The notes beneath the pieces are model-generated. The model was not told the DNA's origin. It saw nothing but the letters and a program-made list of their open reading frames with translations, and did no database searches. Below are positions 23,283-38,569 of a stretch of 64,000 nucleotides of DNA, piece by piece. The position numbers were made by a program, and so were the translations under genes. The stretch comes from Lingula anatina (Eukaryota > Animalia > Brachiopoda). The DNA lies in NCBI GenBank assembly GCA_051362555.1, contig CM120641.1, positions 17,794,001 through 17,858,000 of the forward strand. Reading direction: 5' to 3'. Position 1 is the stretch's first letter; the number at the start of each line of letters is the position of its first letter.

Positions 23283-24845
23283 CAGGGCTCGACATTAGCG
23301 CCTGTCCGCCTGTCCGGGACAGGTAAAAAATCAGTTCGGACAGGTGAAGTTGCAGGGTTGGCTGTCCGACGGACAGGTCATGTTTTATAAGAAATTTGGA
23401 TCAAAAATCTTTAAAAAATCATTTTTTGTTGCATACTAACGTCTTTTTGTCTCTTCCTAGACCGTACTGAAAAGAATGACCTACTTTTGGCACAAAACAC
23501 ATGCAGTCGCAAAACGAAGTCTGAGTAAACTTACCGCCAAATTATGAAAGTGAACACCCTCCAGAACTTCATCAGACAAAATTTATTCACATATCAGGTT
23601 CACTACTGAACATTTATTTAGTTAAAAATCTACGTGCTCTAGTAATAAAGACACTTCCAAAAACAGACACTACACAAGTACTGTGCTGGAGCCAGATTGG
23701 ACTGGATGAACTGGCTATATCTAGTTTGTTGTCAAGGCAACATACTGCCTGTCAATCAAACTCGTCGTATGCTATCTACTCACTATAGAAAGTGAAATCT
23801 TTGGGACAGAAGATCTTGTTGAAATGTTGTTTATTTGCCAAAATATAACCTGAAATTTTGTATGATGCTTTCTTTAATGACTCTAGCATCACCTCTGTTA
23901 TTTACTGTATAAAATTTAGTGCTGGAATATGATAAATTAACATTGCTCTCATATACCAGTGTGATATTGATGTAAGGAAGAAATTAGTAATAACAAATAT
24001 GAGAATTTAAAAAAAAAAGAAGGGGAACTTTTTTATGCTGATTTTAATAAGTTCATATATTTTTTAAAAATCAAACACGTGATAACCCCTTAAGAAGTTA
24101 AATTGTTAACATAAATATAAGTTAAGTATTATAAAATGAATATTCTTTAATTTTCATTGAACTTTATTCAAATATTATAAAATTTGAATATTTTAATAAA
24201 ATTAATTTAACAGTACCCCCTCCCCACTTCCCGCTCAGTTTTTTTTTTTTTTTTTTTTTAGCTTTGGTTTAACTTCATGTGAATCTGTAATCAAATTGCA
24301 GACTTACACTTAGTAGACCCTGTACCCCAAATCCTAGGAGAAGCCCTGATGTTAAATATCAGACTTATATGCAAGATTAAGACTCCGTTCACATGGAAAG
24401 TCTATTTTCTAAAAATCTATTTTCTATTCGCGGTATCTTGTAATCACGGTCCCTGTGCCCTGTATATCCCGAGAATTAATTACAGCTTTGGAAGTAACTG
24501 GCTCGCGCCGCCAGTAATTACGCCGCGGGATATTCAGGGCACAGGGACCGTGATTACAAAATACCGCGAATAGAAAATAGATTTTTAGAAAATAGACTTG
24601 TCATGTGAACGGGGCCTAAATCTTCAGGAGTTCACAAGTATGAAAAAACAACTTTTTATCTGAACATAAATTCACTTTAAGGTGCATTTTCGGGGCTCAT
24701 ATGATTGAATGTTTTGGTAATATATATATTAATTTAAATGTATGACTTCACATATTTATTGACAAAGTTCAAAGGTATGAATAGAAAAAAATATTGGTTT
24801 TGTGTCCGAAGGACAGGTGCTCATAAAAGTTAGTGTCTAGCCCTG
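23283..24845. mobile_element. Non-autonomous hAT-like DNA transposon (about 1.56 kb) with a nested MITE
   Basis: 15-bp imperfect TIR CAGGGCTCGACATTA / TAGTGTCTAGCCCTG; repeated subterminal CCTGTCC/GGACAGG motifs at both ends; flanks GACATT / GACATA. Confidence 0.7.
24381..24616. mobile_element. Palindromic PIF/Harbinger-type MITE, same family as 6416-6653
   Basis: GACTCCGTTCACATG...CATGTGAACGGGGCC with a TAA duplication; shares the core GTAACTGGCTCGCGC.GCCAGTAATTACGCCGCGGGATATTCAG with the IVD-intron copy. Confidence 0.85.
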
Positions 24846-25265
24846 GACATAGATAATTGTTAAGTTCTGAACAGTTTTCATTAGCTACATGTTTGAAATA
24901 GACCAATTGAGTTTCTTTTGTCAACAGCTATAGAAAATTCACTGATATTTATCAGCCATTATTTCGTCTGCTGACTGTCAGACTTCATCAGGGAAATGAG
25001 GGCTGTGGTAGGTATTCTGACCCGTCACCTCTCAAGTGTGCTGTCTAGTCAGTGTGCTGTCAAGCACATTAAGATGTATGAAAATGGAATGCACTATACA
25101 AGGTAATTGTTTCTAGGAATTTAAGGATTTTAGAAATCTACATAATGCTTGCAAATACCATTACAAACAACCCCCTATGAAAAAGCATGATAATTTACAG
25201 GACAGTCATGTACGGTTATAAGTTTTTAAAAGCTCTTTTATACATCCATATTGAGCCACTGTGCA

Positions 25266-28744
<3,479 letters not shown>

Positions 28745-28961
28745 ATACCCTCCCTAGTACTAGCAGTCACAGCAGCAGTAATGGCCATTGAACCATTGAA
28801 ACGGAAACATAGACCAAATTTCTCCGCACATTCCAACGAAGATGCATCTGATTGGATAATTTTGTAAACACATGGAAGCAGACAAATGAAAGCAGGATTA
28901 CCCCTGGATGAACGCGATTTGCACTGAAGAAAAAGGCAATAATAAGCACTAATAAGCAAAA
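28745..28961. promoter_or_regulatory. Compact bidirectional promoter ALKBH6 / POLR3F
   Basis: Divergent ATGs only 217 bp apart; inverted CCAAT box (GATTGG, near 28850), CGGAA ETS-like site near 28802, CpG-retaining. Confidence 0.65.
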
Positions 28962-31900
28962 ATGGCAGAGTCAGCAAATGCGCCGGTGAAGCAAGAGCCT
29001 GTAGACGCGGTAAATCTAGAGAGCAGGTAAATATACTGAGACCTTTCTAGATGGACTAGTAGTACTGTAACGTCATTGCTGTTGTTTAAAATATCAGTCA
29101 TTTGCAATCAATCAATGTGAAATTGGTTTGGTTGGAGTAGCGATTTGACAATGATTTGGTGTTGTAGTAAGCTGAAGGACAAGCTTCTGTGAAAGTTTAT
29201 GGGAAAATTATAAAGCCCTTGATTTGCAGTTTTAAAATATCAAAATATGTGTTTTTAAAGAATATTGTTAATACTTCGCCGCGGTGTTTTGTTTTGCATT
29301 TCTACTTTTTCTCTGACTGATGATTACACTGATGTACATTTATATCAAACTGATATCTATTTGACAGGATCCTGGAATTATGTATGGAGTTTCCCAAAGG
29401 GCTTACTGATGCAATCATTCAGAACTCAATGCCACAGTTTGATGCACAACAAAGAGTAACGGCCATAAACAGACTGCTTTCCACTGTAAGTTTCCTTAAG
29501 ACCAATTTATAAACTCAGAAGGGTACCTTAGTTATATAAGATTAACTCATCATTGGACTGATAATTTCTGGAAAATTTGTTCTATTTCCATTTTTACAGA
29601 TAACCTACTGTACGTGTAGGACTCTTCTTCAGTATTATGATCAATGTAGCTGCAAATATATTATTTCAAAATACATTTTGATTGGTCTTCCATTTTATTC
29701 AGGGCCAGGTAGACCTACTGAAAAGCTCTACAGGCTTGGTTTATAAGCTAAAGGATTCAGCTGCAGTAAGGTATGGAATATAAAGAATATACAATGTACT
29801 AAACAATTATTTTTCAGGGCAGTGGAACTCAGCAAGTGATTTATTATAAGTAATGTGATTTATTCACAAGAGTACCAAAGAGAAACTAAACATGTATATA
29901 ATGTAGCTTTTTCAGTGTCAGAGAGATACATGGGTTTCTTATTTTAAAGCATATTTTACTTCAATATATGTGCCGTGAATATATATATATATATAATTTA
30001 TATTAACCAAGCAGTTTGTATTTACTTTCAGCAAAGTAAAAGGATCAGATCATCAGGAGCGATTGGTATACCAAATTATTGAAGCAGCTGAAAACAAAGG
30101 TAAATATGAAAAAGTATTACATAGTATTTTTTATATGTCATGAATGATGCAACATTTCAACACTTCTCACATTAAAAATGTCTTGGCTACACTATCAGTT
30201 AAAATAAGTTTTTGTCTGCTTAGATACTCATTTAAAAATAATATACAAATGAAATTATTTGTCATATGTTTTAGGCATTTGGATTAGAGATATACGTTTC
30301 AAAAGTAACTTGCTACTCACCCAAGTCAACAAGATACTGAAGAATCTTGAAAGCAAGAAGCTCATCAAAGCTGTAAAATCTGTAGCAGTGAGTGAACTTT
30401 GTGCTCTACACATTACACATTCTGATCTATACAAAGTTACCTTTGTACTTATTTAAGTTGAAAACTAAATGTACCTCATAGATTTGTTTGAAAATATGTT
30501 GCAGAATTGTTTACAATAACTTTCTTAAATGCTTTGCAAGGCAAATAAAAAAGAATGAACAAATAAGGGATTTTCATAAATACACATGAAAATACCAATC
30601 TTGAATTGCATAATAAGTACTGTATGTTTAAAACTGCTTTTGGCATTGCATGGTCTTTTAAATCAGTGTTTGTGTTGTCAAAATTGTACTATTCTTTAAA
30701 ATAAGGATATTTTTAGGTGACCAGATGATTTTGAATACCATGTTGCAGCATTCTGCATTTTGCCTTTCATCTTTTATCTTATAAAAACCTTTCTGTCAGT
30801 ACATAATGGATATATTGTCACATATGCACACAAGGCATTATTTGTTTTTATGTATTCCTTTTTTTTCTATATTAGGCATCTAAAAAGAAAGTGTACATGT
30901 TGTACAATTTAGAGCCAGATAGAACAGTCACGGGGGGTGCCTGGTACAGTGATCAAGATTTTGAGTCGGAATTTGTAGAAGTTTTAAACCAACAGTGCTT
31001 TAAGTTCTTGGAGCAAAAGGTGTGTCAAGTTTCTGCTTTGCAGCTTAGTGCTATTAGTAAATTTCTGAAAATGATTTGAAATAAATTTGCTTACAAAGTA
31101 AAGAAATTTTGATCTACTGTCATTCGTTTTAATTAGTTTTATGCTATCTTTTTAAAGTAATGATACCTGAATTAAAATTCACATTTGCAACTTTTCACAA
31201 TCTGATAATGAAAGTTGTGCTGTCAGACTGTATAGGCAATAAGTTACCACTGTAGCTCTTAGACAAAACATCCTTCACATTGATTTTCTATTTCTTTAGG
31301 CTGCTTTAGCAAGAGATTCTAAGGCAGATCCCATGGCACAGAAAAATGCTGCCTACACATCATCTAGTGATGTGTGGAAGTATATATCAGAGCTAGGAAT
31401 AAGTAAGGTCAGAAAATTTTGAAATAATGCAAATTAGGATACCCAAGAGATATGATAATTAATCAGTATTTTGAACGTCACTTTCATGCATTCCAAACAT
31501 TTTTCTTTATTATTTGATTTAGATCCTTGTAATTAAACAAACCAGGCTTCAGTGGAACTTACTTTTCAGAATTTTCTGATAAGGACTTAAAGGGATTTTA
31601 AACAAAACATTCTTCGGAGAATATGATTAATCAGTTTTTATCACATTTTTAAGTGAAAAGAAATCTATAACAATTTCTCAGTTAATCATGCTATGAGACA
31701 AATCAGTTTTTTTGTGAAACGTTTTTGTATTATAGGTACAACTCTCTATAGCTGATATAGAAACCATTTTAGACACCTTGATATACGATGGCAAGGTAGA
31801 GAGAACAGTTGTGGCCGCAGCAGCAGGTGGAGACGCTGATGCAGGTCAATTAAAGTTATACAGGGCCATCAGTCCTCTGATCCAACCCACAGGACTGATG

Positions 31901-32430
31901 AAGACGCCTTGTGGAGTTTGCCCTGTAAGTAACACACTTCCAGTTTGTTCAACTTGGCATGGAAATTACTTCAAGCTTACAAATCACAAATTATCAAGTT
32001 TTCTCAAGGTCAAACTTGGATTTTTTTTCAATCATTCGCAATAATGTTTAAAAGATTTTAACAGGAAAGAGTGCAGGGTCTTTAGCCGCTCACAAAGTTT
32101 GTCATGGAGAAGTTGTTTTTTAATTAATCACACCACACTTGGCAAATAGGTCTATCAGAGCACTTGCGTTAACAGAAGTAAACTAGTTGGCAAGTGCCAT
32201 TAGTTTTTATTATATTGCATAATTTCCAAGCCTCACTATTTTTAAAGTCAGCATTTTTTTTTTCAAAATTAGTTGACAACAACACCTTTTTATCAATAAT
32301 ATTAAAGTAACTATTCAATCATGCCTTTAAAACGGTTCTCATCACATTGTAGGTTATAAAAGACTGTTATGAAGGAGGAGCTGTATCACCATCAACATGC
32401 ATATATATGAAGGAATGGCTGGATTATTAA
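28962..32430 (+). CDS. POLR3F: DNA-directed RNA polymerase III subunit RPC6 (RPC39/C34), 9 exons
   Basis: Exons 28962-29026, 29368-29485, 29703-29770, 30032-30099, 30275-30387, 30876-31019, 31300-31407, 31736-31924, 32353-32430; motifs GIWIRDIRFKSNL, LESKKLIKAVKSV, TGGAWYSDQDFESEFV, and the C-terminal Fe-S motif PCGVCPV..C......SP..C.Y..EWL. Confidence 0.97.
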
Positions 32431-32470
32431 AACTTCATATTTAAACTTCATCAGTCTTCATCAGAGTTAA

Positions 32471-32807
32471 AGGGATAATAACTCTTCGTTTCGGTCAAAA
32501 AATGAATTTTCCTGGAGCAAACAACAATTTTCCCATACTTACCAATGGTTAATGAATCCATTTTTACATTCAAAGTTAGTCCCTGTTTTTTTTCTAAAAA
32601 GTTTGGTTTTTTGTTAAAATCTCTTAAGAGATTTTAACAGAGTATAGCCATCAATGGAGGTCACGTGGTCTAAAGACAAGCTCAGATATCAGAATAATAT
32701 CTAAAACTGCCGTTTTTGTGATATAACAGAATATAATATATTTCTATGAGTTATTCACAATGTTTTTATTGTGAAATATAGATCTCATACGAAGAGTTAT
32801 TATCCCT
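32471..32807. mobile_element. Kolobok-type MITE (337 bp), 40 nt downstream of the POLR3F stop
   Basis: Same TIRs and TTAA flanks as 9217-9553, in reverse orientation. Confidence 0.88.
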
Positions 32808-33141
32808 TTAAATCTAGAATTCTACACATCATCTGCAATCAAGTGGTGACACTGCACATTGAGAGGTTGCCAAAATCAACTTTCTACAAAGATAACACAA
32901 TGACCAAACCTGTTAAGAAATAAAAAGGAAATGCAGGTCGTTTTAGTTTCTTGAATGTTTGTACTTTGTTCATTTAAGAGTTAAGCACTTTTGAAACTAC
33001 AGCATGGCAATGTTTTCCTGATGAAACAAGTCACTTTTTTTCCAAAGCTACTGTGACTAGCATAAATGGGCCATAAAAGATTCTAACATCAATGTGCATA
33101 TGAGTTCTCTATATGACTTTCTTTGTAATGTGATTTTGTAA

Positions 33142-33477
33142 AGCCTAGGTCCCAACTACGTTTTGGACGCACGGTTTTTAGGTTCCTTGCGTCCGGCTAG
33201 GACGTAGCTAGATCGCACGTAGCAGCTGTTGATCATGTCGAAAAGTTTCTACGTGCTGTTTGCGTCCTCCAAAAGTCGCACGATGGACGTGCTCCTCACG
33301 CACGAACTCCCACGTTTTCCCCATTTTTTGGCCGTAGACCACACGTAGCAGCCCGTACGTTCGGTTGGGACCTAGGCTTTACTTGATTCCTTCCCTGCGA
33401 TCTAGCTACATGTACGTCCTAGACGGACGCAAGGAACCTAAAAACCGTGCGTCCAAAACGTAGTTGGGACCTAGGTT
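33142..33477. mobile_element. Harbinger-like MITE with three TIR ends
   Basis: AGCCTAGGTCCCAAC left end; right-type ends finishing at 33378 and 33477; outer TAA duplication; about 76-bp inverted arms. Confidence 0.78.
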
Positions 33478-33919
33478 TAAGAGATTCAGCTGACTCAGTC
33501 ATTATGTGGATTCCAAGACCAACTGAAAACTGCATGGGTATGCAGGTAATAAATAACCTTCAGTAGGATAACTTCGTTAAAACATTTCACAATGGACAAA
33601 AGTAGTTTAATTTATTCATGAAGCAACTTTTCATCATTTCATTATACATATTGGAGTATTTACAATTTTTATTTAAATAAATGATATCAGAATCATCTTT
33701 GTTTATTGATTAATGCTCAGTTTAGTTGCACTGTTAACAAACAAATAATGCAGCTGCAATGGATGAAAACCAAAGCCTGAGAGATTTTGGTATTTAACAT
33801 CTTGGTTGGAATCATTTATTGCTTCCCTCTGATCTTTTTGTCAATAATTTCCGTGACTTGTAATTTGAAATTTCATTTCCAACTTTATTGTCCTGAATAT
33901 TGCACTGACCTCTGCCTAA

Positions 33920-35803
33920 TCACATAACCGGTTGCAAAGTAACCTGAAATACTAGAGATCCGTCCATTAAATAAGGGGAATTGCCAGATTCTAAATCAAA
34001 CACAGATATCTGTTTATCAATTTCAGTATCTACAGTGTATCTGTTCTTAGAGAAATTCTTCTTTCCGGTAACTGTGCACAGAATCTGAGTATTGTTAACA
34101 ACTGAGACCATGAACTCCACAGGTCTGGGCTGATCAAGTAACAAGTTGGAGTACAGAAGACAGCGAAAGTCATCACTTGTTTGAGAGAATCCTTTTGGAT
34201 AGACTCTCAACTCCCAATCCCAGGTCTGTGTCGGAAATGACGAACTTCTAGTGGAAAACTTCAAACTGTGCTCAGAAAATTTTGGGCAAGATCCATAATT
34301 TTGTAGTTTTAGCCTCTTATCCCAACGCAGAGAGGTGTAATTTCGAAGTAAATAGTTGGAATTGGTGAACAGCTTGATATCTGCTCTTTTGCTGATAGAA
34401 AGAGCATGGTATCTGTATGCCTCAATGAACTTTTCTTGAAACAGTTCACCATAAGTTTCTGCTATTACATGTTTTTCAATAGAGTACAACTGGTCAGGGG
34501 TCATCATTGGGAATCTAACATACTGTAAAATCTCCTTCAGATAGTTCTCTCTTCTTTCTAACTTTTGAGGACTTTTCACCCAGGCGAGAACTGCTTGCCA
34601 CACCTCATACTCATCCGTAACACAGAGATCTGAGCTTTTCAGAATTTCAATTAATTGGTTTTTGTCCAATTCCTCCCATTCACGTTGCCATTCCCCGGAC
34701 AACATGATTTCACTCATCTCCTCTGACAAAGCCAAAATACAAGCAGACACCAGCTGCTTGTGGTCACATTTTGTAGCATACTGAAACCAGGTATGGAAAA
34801 CTTGTTTCAGTTGCAACTTGGGGATTATGCTGCTGCATGCAAAACTTACGCACACATTTTTCAGATCTGCGACATTGTACTTGTCTGCTAAGACCAAGAC
34901 GGGTAAACAGCTGTCCTTGCTGAGGATAATCTGGCAACCATAAAGGAATTTCAGGAATCTTGCAAAATATTCGATACAGGGCCCTTCTTCTACCAGTTCA
35001 ACACACTGAAAATATTTTAAATGCACTGCTAAAAGTAAATTTCAATTCATTAAAATTACCCCATCACCATAACAAATTAACAATCCTATCATCTTAGAAG
35101 TTTTATTCTCATTTATTCTCAAGCAAAAGAAAGTCCCATTATTGGTGGTTAAGTGTGAGAATTTGATCATTGATTTTTTATATGAGAACCTGGTACTTTG
35201 ATTATTTTTTGTTTTATCAATTATCATACCTCTGAATTTGCTTCACTCCAACCTGAGCTAAACATCCTCTCAAAGACATCACTGGTTTTGATCAGTATCA
35301 GTTTGTGGGCATAAAAGGTTTGCTCTCCGACCTAAATTAAAAACAAAAAATATCTAAATGAGTCTTTATTTATTTGTTGTAATAACTATTTACGTATTAG
35401 GAAGTATAAGTCAACAAAATTTGATTAGACCAATACTATAACCCTAAGAATGCACAGCTCTACTGTTAATCATCCTGTCTTTACAAAGGTAAACCCCCCC
35501 AAAACAAAAAGAACTCATAAAAAAATCAGAGTTGGCAAACACACACATCTACAGTGTATTTACCAAACTTACTTTCAAAATGACATCGCTCAAGATTTCA
35601 CTGTTGAAAAACCTAGTTTGGTCAGCCAACGCCTTGCGTTCATTTCCATAACAGTATGTTCCTTCTGGACTCAAGGTGTAGGACGAACAGGAAGAGGTGC
35701 TAAGTTCTGGAAATGACGAGGTGTCCATTGCTGAAAATTCCCCAGCAGTGGGGTCCAGGGTAGAATCTACAAGTTGTAGATCTGATGGTGGGAGGCCCGC
35801 CAT
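33920..35803 (-). CDS. BTB/POZ-BACK domain protein with a MATH-like C-terminus (BTBD17-like), 3 coding exons
   Basis: Exons 35803-35573, 35331-35230, 35005-33920: LSDVILKVGEQTFYAHKLILIKTSDVFERMF, FLKFLY, LVLADKYNV, BACK motif SSDLCVTDEYEVWQAVLAW...VRFPMM, and WELRVYPKG. Probable non-coding first exon with a donor near 36536. Confidence 0.9.
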
Positions 35804-38569
35804 GGCTAACTAATGGGCTAACTTGTGAGGGTCAGTTGCAGGTGGACTCCTCTCTTAAAACTAATTATCTGCACTGAAGTACATGGACTTGTTAGACGCA
35901 GCCCATCTGAAAAGGAACATATCATCTAATAATAAATCATATATTATATACGATATATATTCGTATTCTAGCACAACAGTGACCATGTCTAAATTGTGTG
36001 GTTTAAAATCCTATTGGACAGCAACACATTATTGGACACTTATTATTAATTTCACATTGTTTTCCAAATGCAAACTTTACTTGCTGAGATCAAGTGAACA
36101 TTGTATATATGATATTTTTTTCTGTCACAAAACACAATATTGTTTTTCAAATTTGATACATGGATAGTTATGGAAACGTAAATTGAGTGACATGAACACG
36201 TGCTGTATTGTTTTCACATAATTCTAAAATGATTTGGGGATGTCATGACATACTACGTAGATTTGTCACCAGGAATACATATACCTGATATATTTACCCA
36301 TCCAAAGACTAGTTCTACAAGTCAAGACAGAAATTTACGCCAGGTACATACTGTACGCCCAAATCCAATACAGAGAGATAGAGAGGTGCATTTTAAATGC
36401 TGAAGTGTCAAAAAATAAAATTCAATTTTTTTAAACATATGTGTATAGAACAACGTATGTTCAGGGTCAAAGTTTGCTAACAATCTGCTGACTCTTTTAG
36501 AGCAGCAAAGACTAACGTCCGTAGTCACTCTCTTACCTTGCGATGTTAATCAGATTCAGATTCAGCTGCAAATACAATAATCTATCCCAATGTTAATGTT
36601 TTTCTTTTAGCGGAAGTAAACAGAGATTATAAAACACGCGTAAAAAATCACACTCTAATAGGTTTTAACTACCTTCTTTACTATCTTATGTCGCTAAAAC
36701 ATAAAATTTTCTGTGTATGAGTATCATTTATTGTGTGTTTTTGTTGGGGTAAAATTTAATCGCTATTGTTTGAAATGTTATCCATTGTCGAAAAGTACTT
36801 GAATTGTTACAGGCGCGTCTAAGACTTTAGCCTAAGGTCAAGGTAGAAATAAGGTCAAAGGCAGGGTGTTGAAAGTGTTCACGTACTTCTAATGTAAAGC
36901 ACAAACATTGTATTTATCAATGTAAAGGCGAAACCATCTCTAGTAATGCATTTGGTAAGTTCAAGGTTACTTGCTCAACATTTCCGTACGTTGATCTTAT
37001 TATATAGGTATGTTTATTGAAAGATTCCCGCTTCCCGATTTAAAAGTTTGTCACAGCAACCGGGACATGATGGGATGGGCTGAATATTATTTCTGTGCCA
37101 CTGTCATGGTGGTATAATATACAGTAATGTAATGACAAAATATCTCTGTTGCCATGCACCTAGTGATGTCATGTGATTGGGATACTATCCTTCAACTTTC
37201 AAGGTACTGATTCATAAAAATAGAAATGGCAAAAAGATAAAAAGATTGTGGATTTTTAATAAAATATTGAGTCCTAGAAATAGAGTTGGAATGCCAGGAC
37301 ACTTTATTGTGTGCGTTTAAATGTATAGAGTTTATTATACTATAGGCATTATTCCTTACACAAGACGTGTGTCACTTTCTTTGAAACTGATCAAAAATAG
37401 TTTATGATCTATATGTACATGTATTTGCATTTTTTTGTCTGGAACCATATCAGATTTTTGCAATCCTCTAGGTCAAGGATTGCCATGCTCTTGAGGGTGT
37501 GCCATGTTAGATAAACAAATTCAAAGTCTTGCATAGTTTTCAAATTTGTTCTGATAGACATATACACTTTTTTACATCCCATCTAGGCTGTTACATTTTC
37601 TTCTAAACAACACACAGGAACTTAAATAGGAAAGAAACCAACCACTTAATTTTAATCTATACATAATAGAGGTGTTTGTCAGTTTTGGTCGCAAATTTAA
37701 TTGTCATTTTCAGGCTAAATCTCTATATAAGCCATCATTGTTTCTGTTAATGATGTTGTTTTTATCTGTTTGTTTATTAGTAATTGTTTTGTAATTCAAA
37801 CAATATTTTTATAATAAGGTTAAATCATAAATGCAAAGATCATATTTTTGATAGATAAGTGTGAGAATTTGTAAGAACTTGAACAAAACAAAAACAAAAT
37901 CTTCCTGTACTTCTTTGCAGTTGAAACAAGAATAACTTGTTATAACAGGAAGATTCAAGTTCTTTTGTTGAAATTCTTTCAGATACAGTGTCCATTCCAT
38001 TAAAAGTGCATCACATTTTTGAGACCAAGAAAGTTCAATAGCTGGAGGCTTTAAAATTAAAATAAAGCAAGTTTTGTTATTTGCAACAGTTATGTTAATA
38101 AAGTATGCCACATTTAAAGCAGCATTAAAGATTCTTCAGTTGTAATAAAAGCATCAAAATTCCAGAACGCACACAGGCAAAACAAAATATGAAAAAATGA
38201 TATAGAAATTATTAATAAAACAATTAAGGTGGAGGTCCCAGTAAAACTGATTGCTTATATGAAATTTGCTTTTTTTTTTTTCAGAATTTATCATATAAGT
38301 CTAAAAACTGAAGTTGATTTTTTAAAAGTTAAAATCTTCTCTTTTCCAGACATCAAGAAAAAGGGATTAGATTATGAATAAGAAATGACAGAAGTCTTAC
38401 ACTTACAGAAGGAATACTATATGTGACAGAAAAACATGTATAGAAAAAGGAACATTTCCTGCATAGTCAAATAATACCAATGGACATTCACATTTGCTGC
38501 CAGTACAATGTAATTTAAGTCACATTTTAAAGATGCAATATTTATGATGATTGCAAAGTGCCATTGGGC

